From assembly GCF_009914755.1 (NCBI RefSeq), contig NC_060942.1: a stretch of 64,000 nt of DNA; one strand, written 5' to 3'. The notes below the pieces were generated by a model that was given only the letters and a program-made list of their open reading frames with translations, made no database searches and was not told the origin of the DNA. This document shows, in pieces, positions 13,915 through 28,259 of this stretch. The DNA comes from the human T2T-CHM13v2.0 reference genome, Homo sapiens. Each line of letters opens with the position of its first letter. The first letter of the stretch is position 1. Made by a program: the position numbers and the translations under genes.

Positions 13915-16050
13915 ATTTCAAAAGATGTAGAAAACATCATAGTCAGTAAAAATTAACATCCAGTTATGACTTTAAAATTTGGTAAATATGTATAGAAAAA
14001 ATTGATAAAGGACAGCCACAAAAACCTATACACACATTATGTGTAAGGGTGAAATATATTTTTAAATTATCTTTATATTCATGAAAAATCAAGAAAGATT
14101 GCTATCTAATCAGTATGGTAAAACAAGAAAATAATAAAATTACATGATTATAAAGGAAAACAAAACTCATTATTCAAAGATAGCATGATTATGTATATAA
14201 AGAACCCACAGTGATTTACAGATCAATCATTAAAATTTATATATTTAGCCAAATTATCAATGCACAGTTAATTTAAAGATCATTGATTTTCTTTATACCA
14301 GAGAAAACAGAATGTGTCATCAAAAAAATTATGTTACTGATATTCATCAACTAGGATCTCACAAAAGATGTACTCAAAGTCCAAATGAAGAAAATGGAAA
14401 TATTTAAATAAATGGAAATATGTACCATGCGTATAAAGAGAAAAAACCACTATTTTGAAATTGCAAATGCCTCACAAATTGATTTATATATTCACTTTCA
14501 TTCTAATAAAAATTTCAAAATATATTAATGGAAATTGAAATGAAATTTAATAATTTAACAATTTATATGTAAGAACAAATGGTACAGAATAGCGTAGTTG
14601 CTCCTGAGAAAGAAAAAAAGGTCAGTGCTTTACCATACCAAATATCCAAGTTTATTAAGTGAGATTGACAAGGAAATTGTGTACTGGGGCAAAACAAGAC
14701 AAATGGATCAATGAGAAAGTAGAGTACAAAGAAATACATTCATATATATTTGGACAATTTAGATTTGACAAAGATGGCAATGAAGATTAGTTGTAGAACT
14801 GATGAACTATTAAATAAACAGCGCTGGTAAAACTGATTATTTATATGACAAATTATATTAGAGCGCTATATCATCCTTCTTTTGTTATCCATTTCCAAAA
14901 GAACTAAAGATTCTATTGTGAAATGTATAACTGTAATGCCTTCATAAGACAACACAGTAGACTATATAAACTTGAAATGGAAAAATGATTTCGTCAAACC
15001 AAATACAAAGACATAAAACATAAGTTAAAAGTTTGAGCATTTCACTTACATTAAAATTACTAACATATATTAACCAGTAGACCAAAAGGTGATCAAAAAG
15101 TGGAAGAAGACATTTGTAATATACAAATGTGTTTGTGTGTGTATGTACTTACATACACATATATGTATATTTTTATAATAGCTTAATATAGATTTGTAAA
15201 GATTTTATAAAAATGATTAACAAAAAGATACATAATGTGAAAAAATTGAACAGAGCCTTCTAATAAGAGGATATATGAATAGCCCCAACGAAAAATGTTA
15301 AAAATATTTAACTGGCAAAGTAGAAGTTAACTATAGTAAAATATAATTTTATCATCAGTTTAATAAAAAATAAAATGTCAAGAAATAGAAAGTGTTGATG
15401 AGCATGTGAGCAACAAGAATTCTGCTGGTGGGAATATAAATGAGTACAATCACTTTGAAAAATAACTTAACATCATCCAGCAAAGTTGAAGATGGGCATA
15501 CACACTGATCCAGCAATCCACCCTAGGCATTCACCCAGGAAAAACCTTCCAAATGTATCTCAGAAGACATGCTCAAGAATATTTATAACAGCTTTCATTG
15601 TCAAAACAAAGTAAAACCAAAACCCTGAAAACAGCATAATCAATGGGAGAATAGATAAATACATTTTACAGCAATACTACAATAAATGCTACACAATAAT
15701 GAAAATAAATTATATGCATCTATAGGAATCAAGATGGATGACTCTGAGGAATATAAAGTGGGGTGAAAATGGAAGTCCTTAACATGTACAGCTAATACCA
15801 TTTATATAAATTTGAAAATAGTGGAAAATTGAAAACATTATTGAATGTAGGCATATGAAGTAAACCCCACAAAGTAGGAATAAAAGGAATGAAAAACACA
15901 AAGGTCAGGATTGCATATCTTTTGAATGGAAAGGTATAAAGCTTTAATTACACCTAAATTTCTATTTCTTAGACTGCAGTGAATATATTACTGTTCACTC
16001 AGCTTTTATGCATTTTATCCTACACATGCATTATAAATATTCTTGTATGT
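13915..16050 (+). mobile_element. Very old L1M (ME-like) ORF2 and 3' UTR
   Basis: Degenerate sense L1 motifs ('gctggtgggaatataaatgagtacaatcactttgaaaaa'). Confidence 0.65.
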
Positions 16051-17059
16051 ATTTAATATGTAATGTGTTTTTAATTCGTAATCTATATTTAATATATTAC
16101 AGAAATAAACAGTTAAAATGAAAACAATGAAATAATATTTTCAAATTTTCAAGGAAAATTTAAAAATAGATTATCATTATGGGCATAAAGTACTATGTAA
16201 ATATGAAGATAGAATAAATATTATTTTGGTAAAAAGGCTTTAGAGTTTTGTCATAAAATGTTTGTTTTAAAAAGTAGCAATAAAAAAATCAGCAAAAAAG
16301 AAAAATAATCCACATAGGGAAAATTGAGCAGTGTGGATTAAGTGTAAATTAAAATAGTGAAATTTGTGGCAAAATTAATAAAGCAGAAGTATGTAAATAA
16401 AATAAATAATTTTGAAGCCCTCAACATGAAGTGAAATAAATTAGAATTTGGAAATACAATGAACAATTATTTTAAAATACACAAAATATTACTAAAACAT
16501 AGTGTGCTTTTCAAGTGTTAACATATATTGTACTAAATATATGTAAGACTGAATCAAAGGACATGTTAAATTTATTAGTGTGGATATCTGTTAGTATAAA
16601 AAAAGAGGGGAGAGATGAAGCATAAAGCTGGTGGCAAAGCAACCCAGGGATAGAGGATAGAGAGAAGCAAAGAAGAAGCCTCTTGTCTATTCACGAAGAT
16701 GGACAATGTGATTAACTCAGCCATGTGTATCTTAGGTTAGAAAGAGTCAATGTAATACTGTACCTATGAAGATTTACAGTGAATTGAGGAATGTAATGAC
16801 TTAATTCTCAATAAATCATTTTTTAAAAAATGAATGAAAACAATGCCACTTAATGTTTGGGAATACAGTAAAGAAAGTGGTTAACTTTAGATTTTATTAA
16901 AAACGTACAGTTAAATTGCATATTAAAATAATAAGTCAACCCAGGGTCAGGGATGGAAAGTGGAGGATGTTCCTATAAGGGGTAATATAATTGCCAATTA
17001 AATATGTTATTTTAAGTCTTAACCAAATCAATAAGAGAAGAAAAATAAACAACTAAACT

Positions 17060-18610
<1,551 letters not shown>

Positions 18611-18982
18611 ACTGAAAACTTTTATATGGATATATAAAGAATCTAAACGAGCATCTGGAGACTGCCAGACTCTAGACTGAGTAATAATTTTTATGCCCAG
18701 GGCTGGGGAGCCACAAAAAAAAACAGCCAAGGCCTGCACACCCCACCTTTCAGAGGAGCTGGTTTGACTGTCTGAACTGCTATCTTACATGGCTTTCCTC
18801 TACGCAATGAGATTGTTTGTCACCTGTTTTTTAGGGAGAGAGTGGAGGTCAGAATTCACAGATGCCTGCATGTTGGTCATTCATCATTGAGCAGAAGCAC
18901 TAGTCTCATGTTTCTCAGGATTCTGTTCAGTGTGGTCCATAGAGTGAGACACACTTCTTCATCAGTCGGGGATACACATGCT

Positions 18983-19573
18983 CAGGACATTCTTCTTGGG
19001 CATTCAAGCAGTGCAGTATCTGGAGGCCTGTGCTCAGAAAGGTCACATGCTTGCAGTGCCTTTTGCAAATTCTTAATAATTTTATTTTTAAGTTTGTGTT
19101 TTGGACATGAAGTCTGGTAAGACTAGGGAGCATGTTCAGGGCACATTTCACAACATAAAGTGGGCCCCTTATGCCCACTTGACCCAGGCTACTCTTCCCC
19201 AAACTTCTCTCTTGACACAATGGTATGGGGGGAGGCCTACCTTCCATCGTAGTCCTCCACACTTGGAGGAGGCTGGGCATTGGCAAGCAGAGAGTGAAAA
19301 GGGCATGGTTGCACTGCCACTGGCCTCTTGATGGTAGGGCAAGAAAGTGGCCATTCCCTCCAGCCTTGTGCTTCCACAAGGGTTTGGCTCTCACCTACCC
19401 ATGATCTAGGTTGGTGAGTGTCCCCAGAGCAGAGGTTGCAATCTCCTGAGGGTCTTCAATCATCTGTGCATTGAAGTAGTCCCGCCATGAAAAGATATAT
19501 TGATTTCCCTGCCCCTCTCAGAGTCCTGCCTTTTTGTTTTGCACTGGGCCCTACAAATATGTAGCTGGCCCTG
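18983..19573. mobile_element. hAT-Tip100 DNA transposon relic (MER91/MER115/Zaphod-like)
   Basis: Ends 'ttttgcactgggccctacaaatatgtagctggccctg'; internal 'aaattcttaataatttt'; starts 'caggac'. Confidence 0.55.
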
Positions 19574-19699
19574 TCTATAATGTCTATAATCCCCCAAAAC
19601 AGATATGAGTTGCTAGAGATGGGTAATCTTCCAGTCTTATATGGAGATTTGATAGAATACCTGAAGATTCTCCACCACAGGACAGAAGGCTGGTGAAAT

Positions 19700-20850
19700 A
19701 GAGTCCCACAACAGTAGCCACCATTTGTGGATGGCATGCTCTGCCAGGCACTGTTAGGTCCAGAATATAAGAATTCTGTAAGGTCAATACTATCATCCTC
19801 ATTGTACTGATGGCAAAACAGAAAGGTTACATAATTTCTTCAAGTGGCAGAGTTTGTTAGGAAAACCTGTTTAGGAAAGGAGATCTTGGACTTGAGCAGT
19901 TCCAGGATGGGACTCTTAAGGAGAAGTAAGAATGATTAAAGGCATAGAACATACCATAGTGTGGCCCCTTTTAGGGCCTATGGGTATTTTCATTTAGCAA
20001 GTATGATTTGAGCTTAGGTGCAGCTTTCAGAAGGGAAACTAGAGACAGCAGCAAGGAATCAGACGGAGAATCAGAGCAGACGGTTAGAAGCCTTGTTTGC
20101 CTTTAGGCAACTGGGATTCAGTGGATGTTTTTTGGCAGGAGAGTAAGATGAATAGACTTGCATTTTAATAAAAATCATTCCTCCATAGGATGGAGGGTGA
20201 CTTGGTTGGTATGAGAGCCAAGGGAAAATTTATAAAGACTAGATGGAGGCAAGAGTAGTTTTGTTCCAACGAAGAGGAATGAGCTGAGAAGTTCAGGTGG
20301 GTGGAGAAGGGAGAGGATGGGGTCACCTGTGCCAAGGTGGTTGAGTACAGGGAAGAGAGTGATCAATCATGTCTAATGCTGCAGAAACATAAGAGGTGTT
20401 TTCACACTCTTAGGTGTTGCCATTAAAAGGTTGTGGTGAATTTTCCTAGTGCAACTTTACTAGTGTGTTTGATGTGAAAGTCTTATTTTGTGACTTAGGT
20501 GTAAGTGGGATTTGAAGATGTAGCCACAGTAAATGGAGTATATTTAGTTTCATCCGAAGGCAAGAGACAGGAGAAAGTGGCATGAGTGTGAAACCAGTTG
20601 CATGTAAGGAGGTTTTGCAATTTTTTTTAAGAAAGAATTTCCTATCTCATATTCCCAAAGTACATTTTTAAAAAGACTTCTGCTAAAGCATTTACGATGT
20701 TTGCCTTTCTAATGATAGATTTAAGTATTTACCTATGACTGTAATCTCAGCTAGTTGATGAGCTCTTGGAAGACCAGGATTATATTTTATTCATTATTTT
20801 AATCCCCATAGCATGCAAATTTCTAGATGCATATGAAATAAGAATTTAAT
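19700..20850. mobile_element. MIR and L2 relics
   Basis: 'tgccaggcactgttagg...tactatcatcctcattgtactgatg' (MIR); purine-rich L2-like tract; 'gagctcttggaagaccaggattata' (L2 3' end). Confidence 0.5.
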
Positions 20851-20990
20851 AAAATTTAATTCATCAGCATGTAGTATTTCATCTTTCAAATGATTCTCAA
20901 ACATTTAGCCTTGAATTGCAAATCTTGTCCACAGTAAAATGTAAAATACCCCAAGTGGGTCTTTCTGATGAGAGGCAGCTCAGTGTTGAG

Positions 20991-21178
20991 CAGTGATTCT
21001 TAAAGTGTGGTGCTCAATCCAGCAGCATCAACATCACCTGGGACATTGTTGGAAATACAGATTCTCCAGTCCCACCCAAGATTACTGAATGGAAACTCTG
21101 GGGATGGGGCCTCACAACCTGTCTTTCTACAAGCTCTCCAAGGAATTTTGATTTGCCCTAACATTGAGAGAATCATTG
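20991..21178. mobile_element. MER5A DNA transposon
   Basis: TIRs 'cagtgattct' / 'agaatcattg'; core 'cagcagcatcaacatcacctggga'. Confidence 0.85.
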
Positions 21179-22138
21179 AGGTAGAGAAACACAATCCTTG
21201 GATTTAATCATATCTGTTTCACACCTCATTTTTGGCACTTACAAGCCAAGTGCAGTGAGCATGTTATTAATGATTCCATAATGCAGTTTTCTTGAGCAAG
21301 GAAGGTGGGGGTATCCGGAGAAATAGCTGCAAGAATTGAGTGACAAGCATTTAGGTCGCTATTCGATACAATGTTGATATTAAATAAATACCATTTTTCC
21401 CATTCAATATACAATGTGCAATGATGGAATTATGGCTTAATAGAGAAGCCTAGAAGTAGCAAAGTAAAAACAAGAGTGGTGGGAATCAATGTAGGCTGAA
21501 AGCTTACTTTTCCCCATTTATTATTCGGTCCTGGGTATTTTCATCTAATATTATCTAGATTTGAACCAAGCCCATTTCCTTCAAAGTCTATTTTACTTTT
21601 ACCATCGTTCCAGTTACCCTTATGCCAAGAATGAGTTCATTAGTTACAAATACAAATAAAATGAAAGGCTTTTATACAAAAGTCAGCTTTTCACTTCACA
21701 GTCTTAAATTCTTTTCTATTTTTAAACTAGGAGAAAAATAACATCCTATGGTGAATGCTTTAATAGCAAAATTCTAAATAAGGAAGATTTCTCATATTTG
21801 AGGAAAATAAAGGCACTAATGCTTGTTTGCCCTGTAAATGCTTTTTATCATCTTGCAGGAATGGGAAGATAAAAGGATCAATCACAGGGAAAGGCATGCA
21901 TTTTTCAGAGCTTTGTCTCTTACTTTTGTTCAGCTTTAGCAAGGGTATTAAAACAGCATCCTATAAACAGCACTTATTCATACTGCTCACAATTTCATAT
22001 AGCTTTCCCTGATCCTCTATCTGTAAATGCAAGGTCAGCTTAACACCGTTATGAAGAAAACCCTTCTGAAACCACACCTCTCCCTTTCTTTCATGCTTCA
22101 AATATATATCTCTGAGCCCTGTTCTTGAATTGACTTAC

Positions 22139-22287
22139 ATTTAAAAACAATTCAATCATGGATTGATCAGCTGATCCAGTGATATACAGACTACAGCTTG
22201 CTCTTGCCATTGTTTCTTTTTGTTGCTAGTGGGCCTTTGTTTGAATCCTGCAGCATCAGCCCTGACTGCAATAGCTGATTGACTGAG
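22139..22287 (-). other. Candidate internal exon (149 nt), the strongest of the set
   Basis: Minus strand: branch point CACTAAC (22339-22333), AG-free pyrimidine tract, 'catag|CTCAGTC...TTAAAT|gtaagt'. Confidence 0.45.
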
Positions 22288-23142
22288 CTATGCGACAGGG
22301 CACAAAATAACAAAGGAAGAAAAATATGAACAGTTAGTGAAAGAAGCCCCGGGAAAAGACATAAATAAACGTAGCATACCCAATACTGCAGCGCTGGTAG
22401 AATCCTAACCAGGGCAAGATAAACCAGGTAACTGTGTCTTTATTTTAATGTTTGAAAGGTGAATTCAAGGAGACATATTGTGTTCCAAGAACTACGGTAA
22501 GCCTTCAAATGATCATTTTCTAAACACATGAAACAAATACACCCACTCATAGATAATGCTGAACCTAAATAGTCTTCACACTTCGGGCTCTTTTAGATAA
22601 TATGATAATGAATATTTTAAAGAAGTCCACATAGATAATAGTCATCAAGTCAATAAATACAGACAGGCTACGTCTATGCTAACATTTGCATATAAATCCA
22701 TTTGAGTGAAATATTAAAAACTCAGCATTTATTTAGCCTTTTCCATGAATTTGAATAAGACCTAATAAAATTTCTAAATTTTCTGTGAGGTTTGTATACA
22801 CACAAGGAAATCATGGCCTTTTAAAATCTCAAGGTTGGAAAGGACCTTAGAGGTCAGATGATCCAGCTTTTTTTTGCAATGAGTTGTTTGGGAAAAGCAT
22901 TATTATCAAGTGTTCTCTACTGAAGACCTGCATACAATGGGTAACTTGGGAAGAAGCTCAGCATCTTGGCACTTTGATGACAATTTATATAGCAAGTTCA
23001 GACAAAATGCTTTAATCAGCGAAAAAGATCATTTTGAGCTGGATGCCTTTTGCAAGAAAGCACAGCATTTATATTGAATCAAATGAAGAGATTTCCTTAA
23101 AATGATTTTGTTTACATTGAAGTGGGCTAATTTCTCAAGACT

Positions 23143-23252
23143 TCCTTCTCTGCTCTCCTTCTTCTTCTCCTTCCTTCTCTTTCTCTTCTCCTTCCCTCTC
23201 TTTCTCTTCTCCTTCTCTCCCTCTCTCTCTTGCTTTCCTACTTCCTTCCTTC
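23143..23252 (+). repeat. CT-rich low-complexity tract
   Basis: ~110 bp of near-pure pyrimidines. Confidence 0.9.
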
Positions 23253-23971
23253 TATAAGATAAATATTAGTTAAAAGCTAATTACGGAATCCATTTCAGGA
23301 ATCATTTAGAAGTACACTTAATAAAGCTATGTAGACAAAAATATGAGGCTGAAGAGAAAGAGTGAGTTGGAGCTAGACTGTTCTGTGTGAGAAATTAGCA
23401 GAATTTATGTGTGGGTACAGTCAGATGGGAGATGGGAAGAGGATCTGAGCAATTGTTCTGAAATAGCTACCTGTGAAGAATTCTCAGAAGCTAGAATGAG
23501 TAACAGATATTTATGACCAGTTAAAATTCAATTTCTAAAAATGTTTGCTGGGCAGTGCTGTAATATAATGCCTTTCTGTTTCCTCAAGACATTAATCAAG
23601 TATGCTAACATTAAATAATTTTGTGTTAAGTGCGGTTGAATGAAAATAAACAAAGAAATGAACAAAACCTGCTTCCTTTCTGGACTGACACAGGGCAGAG
23701 AGAAAAATCATAGAAAATTAGTAATGATTAAGATCAAGATTTCAGCAGGAATTCATAGCTAAAATTTATTGCAGAAATAGACCAAACATTGTGTTATGGG
23801 CTTCCATCAATTTTCTTTTTTAGTCTATTGAAAAAATTGATGATTTTTCTCATATTCTAAATTGAGAAAATAGAAACATGAAGAAATTAAGTTGTTTCAT
23901 TGAAGGTACGCAATTCCAATGGGCTTCAAATCCAAGGAGTGAGGTATCAAACACAGAAAATAGATACATAT

Positions 23972-23984
23972 TAGATAGATAGAT

Positions 23985-24027
<43 letters not shown>
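23972..24027 (+). repeat. Tetranucleotide STR (TAGA)3 TGA (TAGA)10
   Basis: Read directly from sequence. Confidence 0.97.
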
Positions 24028-24073
24028 GCTAAATAAATGCTTTTTCCAAATAAAATATCTAGGTTTTCCTTAC

Positions 24074-24210
24074 TTCAAAAGATTATCGCTAATGTGTCTT
24101 AAAACAGAGCCATTGAACAATCTCTCCTGCAATGGAACTGCCCTTACATGATTCACACACACTTGGAGTGGTAGTTTAATGACTGTCTTCAGCTTTACAG
24201 TTTTCACATC
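24074..24210 (-). other. Candidate internal exon (137 nt)
   Basis: Minus strand: 'cttcttcctgtacattcataatacag|GATGTG...TTTGAA|gtaagg'; one frame open throughout. Confidence 0.35.
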
Positions 24211-24588
24211 CTGTATTATGAATGTACAGGAAGAAGTTGTAATGCATTTAAAGGACCTTTTGCTTGTTGAAATAAACTCAAAGTGTAATAGTACATATGC
24301 TGTTTCTTCAATCTCTGGTCCATGCAACTCCAAATAATTAGATTCTAATCACACTTGTGCCAATCTGCTTTTGTCCTTGAAAGGGATCCCATGCCTTACA
24401 TGCCAAATTACTGATTGTAGAGAAAATATGGAAATTACAAAGATATGTTCATTTATTGATCATGGTGGCTCTCAGAAGTGTCTCAGTAAACTAAAACAAA
24501 AGGTTTATCCATGGACCTTTTAATAGGTTTAATCTTTATTTTCTCTTGGTTTTGTGTTTCCAGATACTATGCTCTTTGGAAGACTTAC

Positions 24589-24612
24589 CTTTATAAAAAT
24601 TTTTGCTCTTTT
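24589..24612 (-). other. Candidate 24-nt micro-exon
   Basis: Minus strand: 'ctatttctgttcctttag|AAAAGAGCAAAAATTTTTATAAAG|gtaagt'. Confidence 0.35.
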
Positions 24613-24764
24613 CTAAAGGAACAGAAATAGTTTCTTTTAAAAATCTTCTTTAAAACATCAGTAAACATGATTAACTTCAAAGAAATTTTATACAAGTGAA
24701 AAGAAACATGAAAAAATGGCATATACAATGCAGTTTCATTATTTAAAAAGTAAATGTATTTAAC

Positions 24765-26760
24765 TTCTGCTTCTAGCAGAGTTGAAATTATAATAACTAG
24801 AGTTACCCTCTTTCTTGAAACAACTAAACAATAAGAAAAGTATATGAAACAACAGTTCTTAAGCAATTGTACATCAAGCAATAAAGGGCAGTAATTTCTG
24901 AGAGACAGGACACAAACAAGGATGTAGCTATGATTTCTCCAGCTTAATGTCTAGAGCAACTTTCTATGCTGTGGAGCAGGGCCAAGGAGGGCAATATCCT
25001 GGCAGAGACTATCTGTCTTCCAGAACTGAAAAGACTAAGCTAAGAGTTCAGGGAAGCCAAAGGGGCTAGAATTGACAGGACAGAATATGGGAGAGAAAGC
25101 TGAATAAAGAGAGAACTCTAGAGATTTGTAAATGTTCTCCTCAAGTATTTTCTTGAGTATTGATTAATCTTTATATGTCACTAAATACCTGAGGTGAAAA
25201 GAACCACATGAAAGGACTAAGGGAACAATGCCCAAATCATACAAAGCTGAGAAGAGTACTTATTCCCCACAGCCAGAGTGGAAACCCTTATAACTCACTG
25301 GGCATTGGTTAGAATATTAAGAAGGGTTATGTCTTCTGGGAGGGAATAATTAATCCTAGAGGAAATGCTTCTTTGGTCATGCCTAATAAGACCCAACAGA
25401 ATCAAACCCTTTTTAAATTAACTACAGCCCAGAACTAAACCCAAAAATATTTTGGGGAATACAAAAATAATCAGCTCTCATCAGGGCAAAATGTGTAATG
25501 ATTGGGATCTAATTAAAAAATTGCCAGGCATGCAAAAAGTAAATATTTAAAAGGATATTATATGTGTGTTTCCTATGTTCAAAAATCTAGAGGATATATT
25601 GGACATATTAAATGGAGACATGGAAATATAAAAGTGTCTCAAATCAGATTTCTAAAGATTGAATTTCTAATACCTGAGATGAAAAAAATTTACTGGATGA
25701 CATTAATGGCAGATTATAAACTGCAGAAGAAAAATTGATAACTTGAAGACAGAAACAGAATCAATCCACAACGTTAACACACATACACACAAAGAATTAA
25801 ACAAAAGACATAAAAAAGCATAAATGAACTGTGAAAAAGCTAAATATATGTGTAGCTGGAGTCCTGGAGAAATAAGAATAGGTAGAAAAAAAATTTGTAA
25901 AAAATATTAGTTCACAATCTTCCAACTTGGATGAAAGTGAATATCTACAGATCCAAGAATGTGAATGAATCACTTAACTGCAAGTTCAAGAAACATGAAG
26001 AAAATTATACAAGGCATATAATAATAAAACTGCAACAGCCAGCCACAAAGAATGTAAAGAAAATCTTTAAAACAGGCAGAGAGAAAAACAAACAGATATC
26101 ACATAAATAGGAACAGATATAAGAATGACAACAGATTTCTTTTTGGAGGTAATGTAAGTAGGATGTGAAGCACAATTTTTAAAGTACTGAAAGAAATAAA
26201 AAATCTACTTAGAATACTTTACCCAACAAAAATATCTTTCAAACATGAAAGTGAAATAAAGACATTTTCAGAAATAAAAAAGCTAAAAGAATTTATCACA
26301 ATCAGATTTGCAAAAATGTATTAAAGTAAGTCCTTTAAACAGAAGGAAAGTGACAGTGACTGGAAACCAGGATTTAAAGGAAGGAAGAGCAATAGGCATG
26401 ATAACTACCTTTATAAATACAGAGATTTTTTTCTTATTATTTAAATATTTTGAAGACATAATTCAATGTTTTAAGCAAAAATGAGAGCAATGTATTGTGG
26501 AGATTATAGCATGTGGAAATAAGATGATAGCAATAGCACAAAGGCTTGGAAGAGAAAAATGGAAGTTGTTATGCATATGTAAAGTAACACAATATCAATT
26601 TAATATACATTCAGATAAGTTACAGATATGCGCAATAAATCCTACAGAACAACTAAACATGAATAATGGTTGATGAGTCAACAAAGGCGATAAAATTGAA
26701 TAATAAATAATACACAGTCCAAACATGGGAAAAGGGAATGAAGGAATAGTTAAGACCAAA
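24765..26760 (+). mobile_element. Old L1M 5' region / ORF1 relic
   Basis: ORF1-like 'acagatataagaatgacaacagatttct', 'aaaatatctttcaaacatgaaagtgaaataaagacattttcag'. Confidence 0.7.
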
Positions 26761-26764
26761 AAGA

Positions 26765-27078
26765 AAAAATCAAAAATTTTAATTATGCAAGATGAGTAAG
26801 TTCTAGAGATCTGCAGTACAACATAGCAATATTGTTAGAGTTAACAATATTGTATTGTGCACTCTTGTTAACAGAGTGTATCTCATATAAAGTTCTTACT
26901 ATTAAAACAATGGGTAGGGGATACAAGGGTAGTATTGGAAATAAAGGACATGTCTATTACCTTGATTGCAGTGATGGTTTCATAGGTGTGTGCATATCTC
27001 CACACTCATGAAATCACATACGTTAAATATGTGCAGTTTGTTGCATATCAATTATGTCTCAACAGAGCTGTTAAAAAT
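26765..27078 (+). mobile_element. L1MB/MC 3' end fragment
   Basis: 'gatgagtaagttctagagatctgcagtacaacatag...atcaattatgtctcaacagagctg'. Confidence 0.75.
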
Positions 27079-27639
27079 AAGTGAGTAAATATTATCCGCA
27101 AGATTTAAACAAGATTTGGAAGAAGGACTCCATATATAGCAGTGTGGAGATGAAAGGGTATATATGCCCTCTTTTAAGACATAGACTTGTGAGGAGGTAT
27201 TAAATGAAGAACAGTAATGTGGAAATTCATAAACTTGAGTAGAATTGCACTGGGGAGTAGGTGGAAATGAAGAGAGGTAGAAGGGATTCATTGTATGACC
27301 ATACCACAGACTGCCTAGCCAGAGAGGTGGAATAAATAATCTCCAGAAGCAGAACAATATATTGGCTCAGCCTCAGTTAGAACAGAGATGAAGCACTTCA
27401 TCTATTTCTCTGCCACCATGAGTCGCTCAACTGTAGGACATTTCACTGGTGATGTTCAGGTGTTCAGGAAGTAGACTTATTTTCATATCAGCTATTTTTC
27501 ACTGAAATTTTAAGAAATTCCTATTCTAATTTAGATGAGGTAGAACCATGCTCATGCTGGAAAAAGAAAGTAACACAAAGGAAAAAGAAGAGGAAAAATC
27601 TAGCCTAGGGTTAAGAGGAAAAGATTAGTGACATGGAAC

Positions 27640-27790
27640 AAGTTCATCTTTCTGTATTAATTTTACTTTTTGTTAAAGAGTGGGTAATACTTATCTTGAG
27701 CTACTTATGAAGCTTAAATAAAATATGTATGAAATACTTAGCACAATGTCTGGTACATGGTTAATTTTCCATAACTGGAAAGTATTACTT
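27640..27790. mobile_element. MIR fragment
   Basis: 'tatgaaatacttagcacaatgtctggtacatgg'. Confidence 0.55.
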
Positions 27791-28259
27791 TTAGACTTCA
27801 GAAAGGAGATTTCTTCAAAGAAAAATATATTTTCTTTTCTCTAGGTTCTCAAAATTTGGCAGCAAAATCTAATTATGACAGCTTATATAAAAACCTTGAT
27901 TCATTGTAGTTAATTAAACTGAAGAGTCCAACCATAATAATTTAGCTTTTTTTTTTCTTATTTCTAATGAAAAAGTCCACCCAGGGAGAGTGACATGGAT
28001 TTTCTGTTATATATCACAAAACAGAATGTAAAAGAACCAGGTTGATCAATGATGTCTTTTTTGTCTCCTGTAGCACTGCACTCAAAGACTTTCATAAATA
28101 TAGATCAGACTTTTCACAAATCAAGAAAAATTTAGGTAAAAAATATTGGCTTCTATTTTCTTATATTTCTACAATAAACTTGCATCAACTGTGTGATAAA
28201 AAGTTGATTTAAAGGTTAATAGAAGAAATAAAGTAAAATTGGCTTTAAATAAAAAATAG

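Noticed and set aside
12640-16050. Head-to-head L1 junction at ~13910 resembling a twin-priming inversion
   Set aside because: Each piece has its own 3' UTR and they differ in decay; separate insertions are simpler.
18842-19394. Overlapping 60-155 aa ORFs in a higher-GC patch
   Set aside because: They lie within the hAT-Tip100-like relic; no recognisable domain, and GC content explains ORF length.
22165-22176. 12-bp palindrome GATCAGCTGATC
   Set aside because: Several palindromes of this length are expected by chance in 64 kb.
24564-28135. Plus-strand acceptors at 24563, 27845 and 28073 with short open frames
   Set aside because: Donors weak or absent and no consistent frame; indistinguishable from chance.
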